Assembly: GCA_041658125.1 (NCBI GenBank)
Contig: JBBAAS010000003.1
Location: 10,830 to 74,829, forward strand
Origin: Candidatus Shapirobacteria bacterium
Lineage (GTDB): Bacteria; Patescibacteriota; Microgenomatia; UBA12405
Length of the DNA: 64,000 nucleotides
Reading direction: 5' to 3'
Shown here piece by piece: positions 18,745 through 28,569 of the stretch; the first letter of the stretch is position 1, and the number at the start of each line of letters is the position of its first letter. The translations under genes were made by a program, and so were the position numbers. Below the pieces are notes generated by a model. The model worked only from the letters and a program-made list of their open reading frames with translations. It did no database searches and had not been told where the DNA came from.

Positions 18745-19658
18745 GCTATTTGAATTGTGGAATCGAATGGACTATTTGTAACTAATTTTATTAATTTTTT
18801 TAACGGGATAGTTTCAGTATTATTTTTACTTTTACCCATAACAAGGCCGTTTCTTCCCAAAACAATGGGGGTATAGAGGGTTTGAGGGTATTTGGCTTTG
18901 GAATTAAAAAAATCAATGAGTTTCTGACGAACGATAAAATCACCTTCGGAGTAGTGATCAGCGCCTGTGATGCAAAGATCAATATTGTAAATTTCTAAGC
19001 GGGGAATGGCCAGGGGTTTGTGGTAAAACCAGTATTCAAAGTCTTGGTATTTGCCTGTTGATTCTTGATAACAATTTTCGCATTTATGAATAATGTTGTT
19101 TCCCCTCACAAAAGTTGATCCCTTTGCTAAGTGACACTTTGGACAAATCGCCATCGCATATTGAACAGGTTGTTCCAATACGACTTTATCGGTGTATTTT
19201 CTGAAAACATCAGCTAAAAGTTCGGGGTGCTCTATTGTCTTAAGAAGACATCGTTTCATTAAAGGGTGGTTTTTCATCGAAGAATTTCGGACAGCTTTAA
19301 TAGTTATTTTAGGATAATATTTTTTTAATTGATTAACTCTCTTGAGAATAACAGGCTCCCAATAGTCAACAACTGTTTTTGAAGGATCTTCAACGCTGTA
19401 AGTAAACTGAAAAGTAGTTTTTTGTGGGTAAATATTAAAAATATAGGTTTTAGGATCAGGCCCGTCTAGCTTGTCTTGCTCCCAGTCATTGATAAAAATA
19501 TAAAAATTAAATTGTATTTGTTTTCCCAGTTTTTCCATCTGACGGCAGAGAAGAAGAGGATAAACGACAAAGGGCATCATGTTGCCTGCGTGAAAACCGT
19601 AAGGCCGAATACCTAAATAGATATTTTCTTTACCGGTTAAGTTTTGAGCGGCAGACAA
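18741..19658 (-). CDS. class I aminoacyl-tRNA-synthetase-like ligase (HxGN and KMSKS-like motifs plus a Cys4 ribbon)
   Basis: IYLGIRPYGFHAGN (HIGH-like) near the N-terminus, VMGKSKNN (KMSKS-like) near the C-terminus, and CPKCH...CENC between them. Embedded in a sugar-modification cluster. Confidence 0.4.
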   Translation of the reverse strand: MSAAQNLTGKENIYLGIRPYGFHAGNMMPFVVYPLLLCRQMEKLGKQIQFNFYIFINDWEQDKLDGPDPKTYIFNIYPQKTTFQFTYSVEDPSKTVVDYWEPVILKRVNQLKKYYPKITIKAVRNSSMKNHPLMKRCLLKTIEHPELLADVFRKYTDKVVLEQPVQYAMAICPKCHLAKGSTFVRGNNIIHKCENCYQESTGKYQDFEYWFYHKPLAIPRLEIYNIDLCITGADHYSEGDFIVRQKLIDFFNSKAKYPQTLYTPIVLGRNGLVMGKSKNNTETIPLKKLIKLVTNSPFDSTIQIA

Positions 19659-19684
19659 TAGTCCGTTGTAATAGAGATAAGGTT

Positions 19685-20611
19685 TTATATTTTTTTTATA
19701 AAAAAATTAAATTTAGATAACATATATGAATTAATCGGCTGAGGCACATGGGGAGGATTATTGTCTAAAATATCAGAAAAATAAGTACAAGCATCGGAAA
19801 GACAAGCAAAACATATCCATCGATAAAGGGTTGTATCTAGAGGATACTTAACGGAAGATCGAGAATTATAGGACTGGTAAAAGGTATCGAAAACATCAGC
19901 CCATGGCCCTTCAGCTCCATCCGGGTATGACCATTCGGCTAAAGCTAATCCCAAATCTTTTAAAAGAAAACCCGAACAAGACCAATCAAAATCTAAAATA
20001 GCCTCAATTCCTTCTTGATTAAAAAAAACGTTGTTGGGACGATAGTCGTTATGAATGATACCCTGAGGACTGGATTGTGATCTGGCCCAGTAAAGATATT
20101 CTTTTACCTTAGCAATAAATTCACGTCCATCTTTATAAGAAGAAAGAAATAATTTCTCATGAGATAAAATTCTTTCTAGTTCGGTATAGATAGTCCTGGC
20201 TCGACTATAAGTAATGTGTAATCGTTGGCCTTTTTGATGGAGATCAGCAAAAGCTTGAGCTACTAATGCAACTTTTTTTAGGTCTGGTTTACAATCTTTG
20301 TTAACTTCAAGGTGATGGCCAGAGACAAAGGGGAAAAGCGTGCCTATTTGCTCGTTATCCGTAATAAAATAAGGCCGATTATCCTGGGTGTAGACCGGAG
20401 GTATTACTTTGGCACCAAGTTGATAAAGTTGTGAAAGAACTTCTACTTCAAAATCGATATTATTTATTTGACGACGGCTTAAGCGTAATACTAGGGTTTT
20501 TGAATCAGTGATGATCTTAAAAACTTCGTTATCCGGCCCTTTCCTAATTAACTCGATTTGCGTTGGGGAGGTAAGATTATAGCGTTGCTGGAGTATTTGA
20601 TCGAGAGTCAT
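19685..20611 (-). CDS. APH/choline-kinase-family phosphotransferase
   Basis: IIHNDYRPNNVFF (Brenner HxDxxxxN) and ILDFDWS (DFD/DxD) motifs. Confidence 0.65.
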   Translation of the reverse strand: MTLDQILQQRYNLTSPTQIELIRKGPDNEVFKIITDSKTLVLRLSRRQINNIDFEVEVLSQLYQLGAKVIPPVYTQDNRPYFITDNEQIGTLFPFVSGHHLEVNKDCKPDLKKVALVAQAFADLHQKGQRLHITYSRARTIYTELERILSHEKLFLSSYKDGREFIAKVKEYLYWARSQSSPQGIIHNDYRPNNVFFNQEGIEAILDFDWSCSGFLLKDLGLALAEWSYPDGAEGPWADVFDTFYQSYNSRSSVKYPLDTTLYRWICFACLSDACTYFSDILDNNPPHVPQPINSYMLSKFNFFIKKI

Positions 20612-21803
20612 TTAGACGTAGAGAAACCAGTAATTTTTTGGTTAAACTGTTCCAGGAAGTGATAGTTTTTGACGGAGTAGAGGTTATTGTTTTAGTATAT
20701 ATTTTTAAGTGTTGTTGGGCGATATATTTCCAGTCAAAGTTTTTAATGTTGGCGGAGGCGTTGGCAATAATTTTTTTCCTTATATCTGGTTGATTTATGG
20801 CTAGTTCTAATAGGCCGGTTAATTCGTTAATATTTTGACTCTCAAAAATGAATCCTGTTTTTTTGTCTTTAATATATTCAGGAATTCCGCCGACATTACT
20901 TCCGATACTCAAACATGAGGCCGCTTGAGCTTCTAAATTAACGACTCCACCACCTTCTGCTCTTGATGGACAAACATGAGCAATTGCTCCTTTCATGTAT
21001 TCGAACACCTTGTCGGATGTTAGTTCGCCTAAAAATTGAACCCGGTTCAATAGGTTTAATTTCTTGGTTAAATTTATTAAATTATCCTTACCTTCCCCGG
21101 AACCAGCGATAATAAGTCTGAGTGGTGGATATTTGACAGATATTTTTGAAAAGGCTTGAATTAAGATATCAACGCCCTTGTCTGGGGTTAATCGCCTGGC
21201 GATGAAAATATAGGGGAAAAGGGATTTATGTTTCGGTGATTTTTTTATACGGTTTAGATCAACACCGGCAAAAATAAGGTTGATATGATTTAGCGTGGGA
21301 ATGGCCTTTCGAGCTAGGCATATAAGATCATTGGAAAAGGCAATGTGGCAATCCGCCTGGGTTACCGCTTTGGGAACAGTAGTTAAGCCATCTTGCCAAA
21401 GTTTTATGGTTTCGGGATCGTCAGAATTGGGAAGATCGCCGCCAGCAAAGCTAACAATAAAAGGAACTTGCCATAGACGACTGAGAAATAGTCCAATTAG
21501 GGGCATTGGTCTTCTAATACCAATAAGATGAATAATGTTTCCTGAAATGGTTTGCTTGTATTTATTAATAATCTTAAAAACATTAATAAAATCACCTAAT
21601 TGTTGGGGACGTGAGATACGTAAAATTGAAACACCGTCGACTGTTTCAAATTCGGGAAGATCGAAGGGAAACTTTTTAGTAAGAACAGCCGTTTTAATAC
21701 CCATTTTTTGGTAAAATCTTGCAAGATTGGCAATGCAAGTTTCCACTCCTCCGACATTGGGTTTGTAGACAGAAGCCATGAACAAAACTTTTTTAATAAC
21801 CAC
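20577..21803 (-). CDS. GT4-family glycosyltransferase
   Basis: N-terminal KPNVGGVETCIANLARF and C-terminal EGGGVVNLEAQAASCLSIGSNVGGIPEYI match the GT4 EX7E region. Confidence 0.75.
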   Translation of the reverse strand: MVIKKVLFMASVYKPNVGGVETCIANLARFYQKMGIKTAVLTKKFPFDLPEFETVDGVSILRISRPQQLGDFINVFKIINKYKQTISGNIIHLIGIRRPMPLIGLFLSRLWQVPFIVSFAGGDLPNSDDPETIKLWQDGLTTVPKAVTQADCHIAFSNDLICLARKAIPTLNHINLIFAGVDLNRIKKSPKHKSLFPYIFIARRLTPDKGVDILIQAFSKISVKYPPLRLIIAGSGEGKDNLINLTKKLNLLNRVQFLGELTSDKVFEYMKGAIAHVCPSRAEGGGVVNLEAQAASCLSIGSNVGGIPEYIKDKKTGFIFESQNINELTGLLELAINQPDIRKKIIANASANIKNFDWKYIAQQHLKIYTKTITSTPSKTITSWNSLTKKLLVSLRLNDSRSNTPATL

Positions 21804-22207
21804 TACTCACAAAATAAACTGTTAATAAGGTGGCAAGCTTCCTCTAAACTAGACAAACGAACATGAGAGTGGTAGTTTAGCCAGTAGTCGTTAAGGTGAG
21901 CATTACCAAAGATAATAATAATTTTTTCAAGCTGATAAGCATAAAAAACTTCCATTGCCGTACCGATCATGCTGGCGTTTGGTAAGGTGTCGTTGACCAG
22001 AAGAATACTAGCCCGACGAATGTCATCCTTGTCTCGAATTACGGCTCCCTTTGGATCAGGAAAAGTTTCTTTTTTTTCCCTACCCCGATAAGCATGCAGT
22101 ACTCTAAAATGAACCTCAAGAAGTTTTTTTGCCTTTTCCCTCCAGGCAATACCTTCAGCTCGGGAAATTCCTCTCATGGGACCGCTAAGAAAAACTATTC
22201 TTTTCAT
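21803..22207 (-). CDS. nucleoside 2-deoxyribosyltransferase-like protein
   Basis: MKRIVFLSGPMRG and the overall size resemble the NDT/YtoQ family; weak. Confidence 0.4.
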   Translation of the reverse strand: MKRIVFLSGPMRGISRAEGIAWREKAKKLLEVHFRVLHAYRGREKKETFPDPKGAVIRDKDDIRRASILLVNDTLPNASMIGTAMEVFYAYQLEKIIIIFGNAHLNDYWLNYHSHVRLSSLEEACHLINSLFCE

Positions 22208-23160
22208 ATTTTATAGAAAGATGCCCTTTCATCTCTCAATTTTTGATTGGGTAAAATAATTAAAAATGGTTTTTTAGAGATACTATTGGCTATTTCTTCT
22301 GAAGTATAAAGTAATTCTTTAACTTTTTCATTTTCCCTGGAACCAGTAAAAACTATGTCTATTTTTTTTGAAACACCACTTTTTTTAATAAGTTTTTTAG
22401 CCATTTGATAGATATTAAATTCGTGCATATTTAGCACAAATAGTTCTTGGCCATTCATAATACTGGCTGCTAATAACACGGAATTTACGGCTTTGGGAAT
22501 AGTAGTAAAAAAACGTTTCATTCGCTTATCAGTAACGGTCACGGGTTCGTTGTTTTTTATTTGTTCACGCCACAAAGGAATGACCGAACCACAAGAGTCC
22601 AAAACGTTTCCGAAACGAATTACTGAAAAAATTGTGTTAGAAGAGAGGTCCAAGGTATGAGGACCAATAAAAAGTCTTTCCATAACCAGCTTAGTCATAC
22701 CCATAAAAGTGGTCGGGTTAACAGCTTTATCGCTGGAAATGGCAATAACCTTGTTGATTTTATATTTAACTGCTAAGTCAAAAATGTTTTGGGAACCAAG
22801 GATATTGGTTTTAATTGCTTCCTGCGGGTTGTGTTCACAAACAGGAACGTGTTTAAGTCCAGCAGTGTGAAAAATAATATTGATACCCTCCATGACCGAT
22901 TCGAGGCGATCTTTATCCCTGATATCCCCGATACAATAATCTATAGCTGTAGAAGTTTTAAGGTGTTTTAGTCGACAATCTAATAAGAAATGCCGGTATT
23001 CGCTTCTGGCGTAGACTACAATTTTTTTAGGTTGATATTTTGTAAGCTGAACAACGATTTCAGAGCCAATAGATCCGGTCCCTCCGGTTACTAAAATATT
23101 CTTACCTTTAAAATTTTTCGAAAGTAAGGCAGCTAGGCTAGTTTCTTGATCGTATGACAT
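22204..23160 (-). CDS. NAD-dependent UDP-sugar 4,6-dehydratase (PseB/CapD/FlaA1-like)
   Basis: NILVTGGTGSIGSEIVVQL and a CapD-like core with YxxxK. Confidence 0.7.
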   Translation of the reverse strand: MSYDQETSLAALLSKNFKGKNILVTGGTGSIGSEIVVQLTKYQPKKIVVYARSEYRHFLLDCRLKHLKTSTAIDYCIGDIRDKDRLESVMEGINIIFHTAGLKHVPVCEHNPQEAIKTNILGSQNIFDLAVKYKINKVIAISSDKAVNPTTFMGMTKLVMERLFIGPHTLDLSSNTIFSVIRFGNVLDSCGSVIPLWREQIKNNEPVTVTDKRMKRFFTTIPKAVNSVLLAASIMNGQELFVLNMHEFNIYQMAKKLIKKSGVSKKIDIVFTGSRENEKVKELLYTSEEIANSISKKPFLIILPNQKLRDERASFYKI

Positions 23161-24233
23161 ATAAAACTAATTTGGTCTTCAGTAAGACCTATATAAAAGG
23201 GAAGAGCTAGGGTTTGTGATGAAATCTTTTCAGCAATAGGAAAATCGCCCGGTTTATATCCGAACATTTTTCTCATAAATGGTTGCAGATGAATTACTGG
23301 TAAATATGGCCGAGTGTTAATTCCCTTATTGGCTAAAAGTCGGATTAATTTATCTCTTTGACCATTGGTGATGCGGACGACATAAACAAACCAGGAATTA
23401 GTACGGTTTTTTCCTGTTTTCGGTGTAATAATTCGAGGGTGTCCTTTGAGTTCTTTTGTATATTGTTGAGCGATTTTGTTTTTCTGTCTGATCATCCAGT
23501 TTATTTTTGATAATTGAGTGATGCCTAAAGAGGCGCTTAAATCGTCCATCCGATAGTTATAACCGAGCGATTGATGAAGCATAAATTGATCGTCGAGAAT
23601 ACGGCCTTGATTTTTAAGACTCTGACAAGTCTGCCAAACAGATTTTGAGGAAGTGACAATCATTCCGCCCTCACCGGTAGTCATTTGCTTGTTCGGATAA
23701 AAGGCAAAAACGCCAATATCTCCAAAAGTGCCTGCCATTTTCCCCTGATATGTAGCTCCAACACTTTCACAAGCATCCTCAATTATTTTGAACTTATGTT
23801 TCCGGGCAATTTTTATTATTGGATCGTAATCTGGTGTTTGGCCAAAAATGTCTACAGTTAATAGTCCTTTCGTTTTAGGGGAAATGGCTTGAGATATTAA
23901 AGCCGGATCGATATTAAAGGTATTTTCTTCAATGTCAACAAAAACCGGTTTAAGGTCCTCAAATAGGAGACAATTACTAGAGGCGATAAAAGAGAATGGA
24001 GTGGTAATAACTTCGTCTCCTGCTTTGAAATCAAGTGCCCTCACTGCAAGATGTAATCCGGCAGTACCGTTACAGACAGTGCAGGCATATTTTGCCCCAA
24101 TAAATTGTGAAAAAGTTTTTTCAAAAAGTTGGTTTTTAGGACCACAAGCTAATTTTCCTGATTCGAGTGTTTGAACAACGCCATCAATGTCTTTTTGGTC
24201 AATATATGGTTTAGCCAAGGGAAGGCAGAGCAT
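23133..24233 (-). CDS. DegT/DnrJ/EryC1/StrS-family PLP-dependent sugar aminotransferase (PseC-like)
   Basis: Family-typical N-terminus (YIDQKDIDGVVQTLESGKL...CNGTAGLHLA) and C-terminal conservation. Confidence 0.8.
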   Translation of the reverse strand: MLCLPLAKPYIDQKDIDGVVQTLESGKLACGPKNQLFEKTFSQFIGAKYACTVCNGTAGLHLAVRALDFKAGDEVITTPFSFIASSNCLLFEDLKPVFVDIEENTFNIDPALISQAISPKTKGLLTVDIFGQTPDYDPIIKIARKHKFKIIEDACESVGATYQGKMAGTFGDIGVFAFYPNKQMTTGEGGMIVTSSKSVWQTCQSLKNQGRILDDQFMLHQSLGYNYRMDDLSASLGITQLSKINWMIRQKNKIAQQYTKELKGHPRIITPKTGKNRTNSWFVYVVRITNGQRDKLIRLLANKGINTRPYLPVIHLQPFMRKMFGYKPGDFPIAEKISSQTLALPFYIGLTEDQISFICHTIKKLA

Positions 24234-24909
24234 GATTATATGAAACTATTAACTGAAACGATTCGGCATATTTAAATCCTGATTGGATCCCCCGGTATTT
24301 TGCCAAAGATTTAACTCCTTGAGCCGAACGAGGATGGGGATAAGGTCTTATCTCGGTGCGACAAAGATTAAAAGCTTTAACCTTTTTCTCTATATAAGAA
24401 GAGATGTCGAAATAAGTATTCGGGTTAAAAGGATTATCCCTTGACCATTCGGTGGAAGACAAAACTTCGTATGAATAAACTTGATCAAGAAACGGTTTCC
24501 CCGGGCGTGTGACTACTTTTGTTGATTGATAAACCAGGATATGATCTAAATTGACATCAGTCGATGAATGAGTATAGATAATCGACGGTTTAATTTGATT
24601 AATTACATTCTCTAATTTTCTATTGATATCAATGTGGGCTATTGTGTCAAGCTTCATATCAGGAAAATCTAGGCGAATAAACTCTTTAATTCCTAAAAAT
24701 TTCTGAACTCTTAAAGTTTGTTGGTCTTTGGCCTGAGCTTTTTTTATATCTCCTTGATATTGAGAGCTCGAACCATCAGTGACTACACAAACATAAACGT
24801 TATCTTTTCTTGAGGTGTAGTATTGAATGACTCCACCGCAACCTAACACCTCATCGTCAGGATGAGCCGCTAAGATAAGTATGTTTTGACTATTCGTTGA
24901 GTATGTCAC
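24211..24909 (-). CDS. LmbE/PIG-L family N-deacetylase
   Basis: ILILAAHPDDEVLGCGG is the PIG-L signature. Confidence 0.7.
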   Translation of the reverse strand: MTYSTNSQNILILAAHPDDEVLGCGGVIQYYTSRKDNVYVCVVTDGSSSQYQGDIKKAQAKDQQTLRVQKFLGIKEFIRLDFPDMKLDTIAHIDINRKLENVINQIKPSIIYTHSSTDVNLDHILVYQSTKVVTRPGKPFLDQVYSYEVLSSTEWSRDNPFNPNTYFDISSYIEKKVKAFNLCRTEIRPYPHPRSAQGVKSLAKYRGIQSGFKYAESFQLIVSYNHALPSLG

Positions 24910-25837
24910 CGGTTTTGAATTGTTTTATAACCTGAACTAGTTTATTTTGAGAATTTATGATTTTCTTTAAACAAATTATCCGGCTCCCTGTAAGAATCCA
25001 TAGGCCTTTGTTTGTCACTTTGGCTATTTGGCCCGGAAAACCAGAAAATTGTGGAGCATTTTTTAGTATTTCTGAATCTTTGACGTAATAGGTTTGGCTA
25101 TTGTAAGAAAAGTTAGCCAAAGGATATATGTCGGTGACAGCTCTAATTAAATTTTGTATAGACAGGGCCGGATAATTAAAATTAATACGACTATGTTTTG
25201 GACGTCGGACAAGCAGATAAGTAGCTTGCGAGTTGTTTTGTTTTGTTGCTTTGGCTCTATTGTTAACAATGTCATCAAAATTATTGAGCAGTAATTTGGA
25301 AGCTAGTAACGTCATTTTTTTATAAAAACTTGAGGCATTGTCGGAATCTAAAATTTTAAATTTTTCTTGGTCAATTATCGGCCCGGAATCACATCCGGCA
25401 TCAAGATAAAAAAGCGTAACGCCGCCATATTTTTCTTGATTAATGAAGTGCCAGGCAATAGGAGCTCTGCCTCGGTTTTTGGGGAGAAGTGCTGGATGCA
25501 AACCAACACATCCATGTTTGGCAGTTTTTATTAAGGGTAAGGATAATAATTGAGACCAACCGTTTACTATAATTATATGAGGGCGGTATTTTTGGAGTAT
25601 TGGGAGAAGAACGTTAATTTTTTCAATATAATACAAGGATATATGGGATTTCTTGGCCATGGAAGAAAAGTCTTGATAGTCTGAGACATTGGCCGCTTTA
25701 CTAAAAGGAAGTGTCAGAATAGTGTCAATTTCTTTACCATGAGCAATAAGATCCTTAAGACAAATAAAACCATCTTTTGTCATTGACAAATAAATATTTT
25801 TGTCACTAAAAAAAGACCTTAAGATATCTTCATCCAT
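24890..25837 (-). CDS. formyltransferase (Fmt/ArnA-like sugar N-formyltransferase)
   Basis: IIVNGWSQLL...GCVGLHPALLPKNRGRAPIAWHFIN is the formyl-transferase catalytic motif. Confidence 0.65.
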   Translation of the reverse strand: MDEDILRSFFSDKNIYLSMTKDGFICLKDLIAHGKEIDTILTLPFSKAANVSDYQDFSSMAKKSHISLYYIEKINVLLPILQKYRPHIIIVNGWSQLLSLPLIKTAKHGCVGLHPALLPKNRGRAPIAWHFINQEKYGGVTLFYLDAGCDSGPIIDQEKFKILDSDNASSFYKKMTLLASKLLLNNFDDIVNNRAKATKQNNSQATYLLVRRPKHSRINFNYPALSIQNLIRAVTDIYPLANFSYNSQTYYVKDSEILKNAPQFSGFPGQIAKVTNKGLWILTGSRIICLKKIINSQNKLVQVIKQFKTGDILNE

Positions 25838-25918
25838 ACTCCGAGGTGATTATAGAATATATCACACAAAAAGGCAATAAACGATTATAGGTTGGTTAAA
25901 AAAATACATAACTGTTAT

Positions 25919-26509
25919 TTATTTAAAACCGCTATTTTGAAAAATTTTTTTCAAACTAGGAAGATAATACTGCTTGTATAAATCGTCCTTTTGCTGATGA
26001 GTTAAATTTGAAATTAAAGCAGGATATCCCTTGGGAATCATAAGGTAGTTGAAAAAATTTGTAATTGAAGGATTTGGTGTTAAAAGATCAGTGTTGAAGG
26101 TTACAGGTACAATTATTTTACAAATAAAATATTTATCCTTACAGGCAATACAATAATATTTAATAATTTTTCCTGTATTTATCTTATTTTTTATTATGTA
26201 TTGTCGCCAATAGTCGATTGGGCTGTTGATGTCAAAGTTCTTATTACGAATAACAGAACTGGGTTGTAAGTCTATGGAAAGGTGATCAAAGTAAACACCA
26301 GAGTCTTCAGAAATAATCGCTTTTTTAATTATGGAGTAATAGCACTTTGCTTTGATTAGACAATTTTCTTTTTCATTCTTTCCGTTTTCGTCGGGGGGCT
26401 TAATGTTGAACGAAACAATAGTTTTTATCTTTAGAGAAGGATTTAAGAGGCGGATTTGATAAGAAATATTTTTATATTTATCGATATTTGTGGTAGCTAT
26501 ATAAATCAT
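25919..26509 (-). CDS. Ham1/RdgB-like non-canonical NTP pyrophosphatase (divergent)
   Basis: MIYIATTNIDKY...ENCLIKAKCYYSIIKKAIISEDSGVYFDHL parallels the ITPase N-terminal and central motifs. Confidence 0.35.
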   Translation of the reverse strand: MIYIATTNIDKYKNISYQIRLLNPSLKIKTIVSFNIKPPDENGKNEKENCLIKAKCYYSIIKKAIISEDSGVYFDHLSIDLQPSSVIRNKNFDINSPIDYWRQYIIKNKINTGKIIKYYCIACKDKYFICKIIVPVTFNTDLLTPNPSITNFFNYLMIPKGYPALISNLTHQQKDDLYKQYYLPSLKKIFQNSGFK

Positions 26510-26535
26510 ATTGTAAGATATAATACTACGTACTT

Positions 26536-27267
26536 ATGTTGAATTCACAGGCTATATATGACGAGTTTGCTCCGTTTTATAGAAAATATTCGAAAGAAAA
26601 GAAAGAATATATCGACACTATCGATAAAATTATTAGCGACTATTGCGTAAAAAAAACTATCATAAAAATGATAGATCTGGGGTGTGGAGACGGGGTTAGG
26701 GGAAAAAGCTTGGCTCAAAAAATTAAACCTGAGGTGATTAAAATGGTTGACAACAGTGAAAAAATGATTGAACGGGCAAAAAAATTATGCGGAGTAAAAA
26801 TTGCTGAGGGTGATTTTTCTGAGAAAAGATGGCGGGAAAAAGATAGGTACGAAGTGGTGATCTGTCTGTGGAATGTATTAGGACATATTTCTTCATATAA
26901 AAAAAGGCTTTGGGCTTTAAAAAACATTCGATCAGTTTTAGCCGAAGAAGGAGTGGCGTTTGTGGATCTAAGTAATAGGTATAACGTAAAATATTATGGG
27001 TGGAGTAAGGTGTGGAAAAATATAAAAGAAGATTTAAAAAGACCTAGCTATAAGAACGGCAATTTCAAATATTTGATTGATGTTGGTTTAAAAAAAATAC
27101 CTTCAGTATGTCATTTTTTTAATCCATGGGAAATGGAAAAAATGATAAGAGAAGCAGGTCTAAAAATCAAAAAAAGATATTTTATCAATTATGAAAACGG
27201 TAAAATTGAAAAATATTTTTGGTCTGGCCATATATTCTCTATATTAGAAAAACAGGCAAAAGTATAA
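26536..27267 (+). CDS. class I SAM-dependent methyltransferase
   Basis: MIDLGCGDGVRG (motif I) followed by an acidic residue after beta-2. Confidence 0.65.
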   Translation: MLNSQAIYDEFAPFYRKYSKEKKEYIDTIDKIISDYCVKKTIIKMIDLGCGDGVRGKSLAQKIKPEVIKMVDNSEKMIERAKKLCGVKIAEGDFSEKRWREKDRYEVVICLWNVLGHISSYKKRLWALKNIRSVLAEEGVAFVDLSNRYNVKYYGWSKVWKNIKEDLKRPSYKNGNFKYLIDVGLKKIPSVCHFFNPWEMEKMIREAGLKIKKRYFINYENGKIEKYFWSGHIFSILEKQAKV

Positions 27268-27306
27268 TCTGAAGTAACAAAAAACAGAGTGATTATTTTG
27301 AAATTT

Positions 27307-28413
27307 CTATAAACCTGATCTAACTATTGTTTCTAATTCTGAAATAGTTAGATCTTTATCTTGCATTGAAAATGAGTTTCTCACTCTCGTGGAAATATCT
27401 TTAGCCTTTTTGGAGGAGATTTCTAATCCAAAATATTTTCTTGAAATTTCTATAAGTGCATCAGCGCTAAATAATTCTCCTATTACATAATTAGGAATAA
27501 AACCAAAGCTTTTTGGTTTTACTGTTTGAAATTTATTATTTTCTATCACTCTCTTAATGTGGCTTGCCGCAACATGTCCAAACGCTGATGGGCTGAGAGG
27601 ATCTCTGTTAAAGGACGCTTTAAGGGGAAAGATTAAAGATAAAAGATCCTTGTAGAAGTTAATCCGATACCTCTTTTTTGTATCCTTCTCTTCCGAGACA
27701 GACACAACTGACAGAACATCTCCATACGATAGTATCCCATTCCTTTCTCCCATCCCGGACACAGATACTGCAAATAAAATGTCCCTATGCGTTTTTTTTG
27801 CTAATTTGTAAACTGTATAAAAATTCGCTGCTGCTAGTCCTTGGTCGTTATGAAAATGAAATTCGATAGGAATTTTTTTCATGATTGAATTGTGAATGTG
27901 TTGAAAAAAAATGCCCACAATTTCAGGTGTTGCGCAACCATTCGAATCAGCAAAACAGATATGGCTGACTACTTTATGTTTACAAATTTTCTTACATACT
28001 CTACAAATAATATCCTTATCTATTTGAAAGGAATTTTCTATGCTAAGTCTTAACTTAATGTTATTTTTTTGAGCCCAGTTGATTATTTTTAAAGCTTGCC
28101 TCATTATGATTTGTTCATTATTGCCGATTAAAGAGGTACTTACGTTTTTTACGCCTATTTTTTGCAGGAGTGTCAAATCCTTGTCGTTTATTCTAGAGTA
28201 AGTAAAAATTTTTAAATTCGTCTTTAATTTAACAACTTTTTGATATTCGTTGAGAAAATTTGTAGAAATGTATGGATGCATAATTTCCATATATTCGACC
28301 CCCATTTTGTCTATGATTTGGACGTATCGTCTTGCTTTGCCAAGAAGCATTCTGTTCGAAGAACTTTGTTTCCCTTCCCTAAAGGTTGAATCGATTAGGT
28401 GAATATATTTCAT
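27307..28413 (-). CDS. HMGL-like (DRE-TIM) metallolyase, homocitrate/isopropylmalate-synthase-like
   Basis: IDSTFREGKQ (DTTLRDGEQ-like) and HFHNDQGLAAAN (HxHNDxGxAxAN). Confidence 0.55.
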   Translation of the reverse strand: MKYIHLIDSTFREGKQSSSNRMLLGKARRYVQIIDKMGVEYMEIMHPYISTNFLNEYQKVVKLKTNLKIFTYSRINDKDLTLLQKIGVKNVSTSLIGNNEQIIMRQALKIINWAQKNNIKLRLSIENSFQIDKDIICRVCKKICKHKVVSHICFADSNGCATPEIVGIFFQHIHNSIMKKIPIEFHFHNDQGLAAANFYTVYKLAKKTHRDILFAVSVSGMGERNGILSYGDVLSVVSVSEEKDTKKRYRINFYKDLLSLIFPLKASFNRDPLSPSAFGHVAASHIKRVIENNKFQTVKPKSFGFIPNYVIGELFSADALIEISRKYFGLEISSKKAKDISTRVRNSFSMQDKDLTISELETIVRSGL

Positions 28414-28467
28414 AAATATCGGATACTTGTTTCAAGTATATCAATATGCTCTGCTCCGGTAAATAGG

Positions 28468-28531
28468 AATGGGCATGACTTTTGTCCGTATAAACAATAA
28501 CGTTTAGTTATAACTACAGGTTTTAGAACTA
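28468..28531 (+). repeat. family-2 cassette-boundary repeat R0 (degenerate; ends GGTTTTAGAACT)
   Basis: ...gtttagttataactacaggttttagaact shares its terminal module with the repeats at 29.9-34.5 kb. Confidence 0.4.
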
Positions 28532-28569
28532 GCTCATGCTAAAAAAATATTTAATCTATAATCACAACA

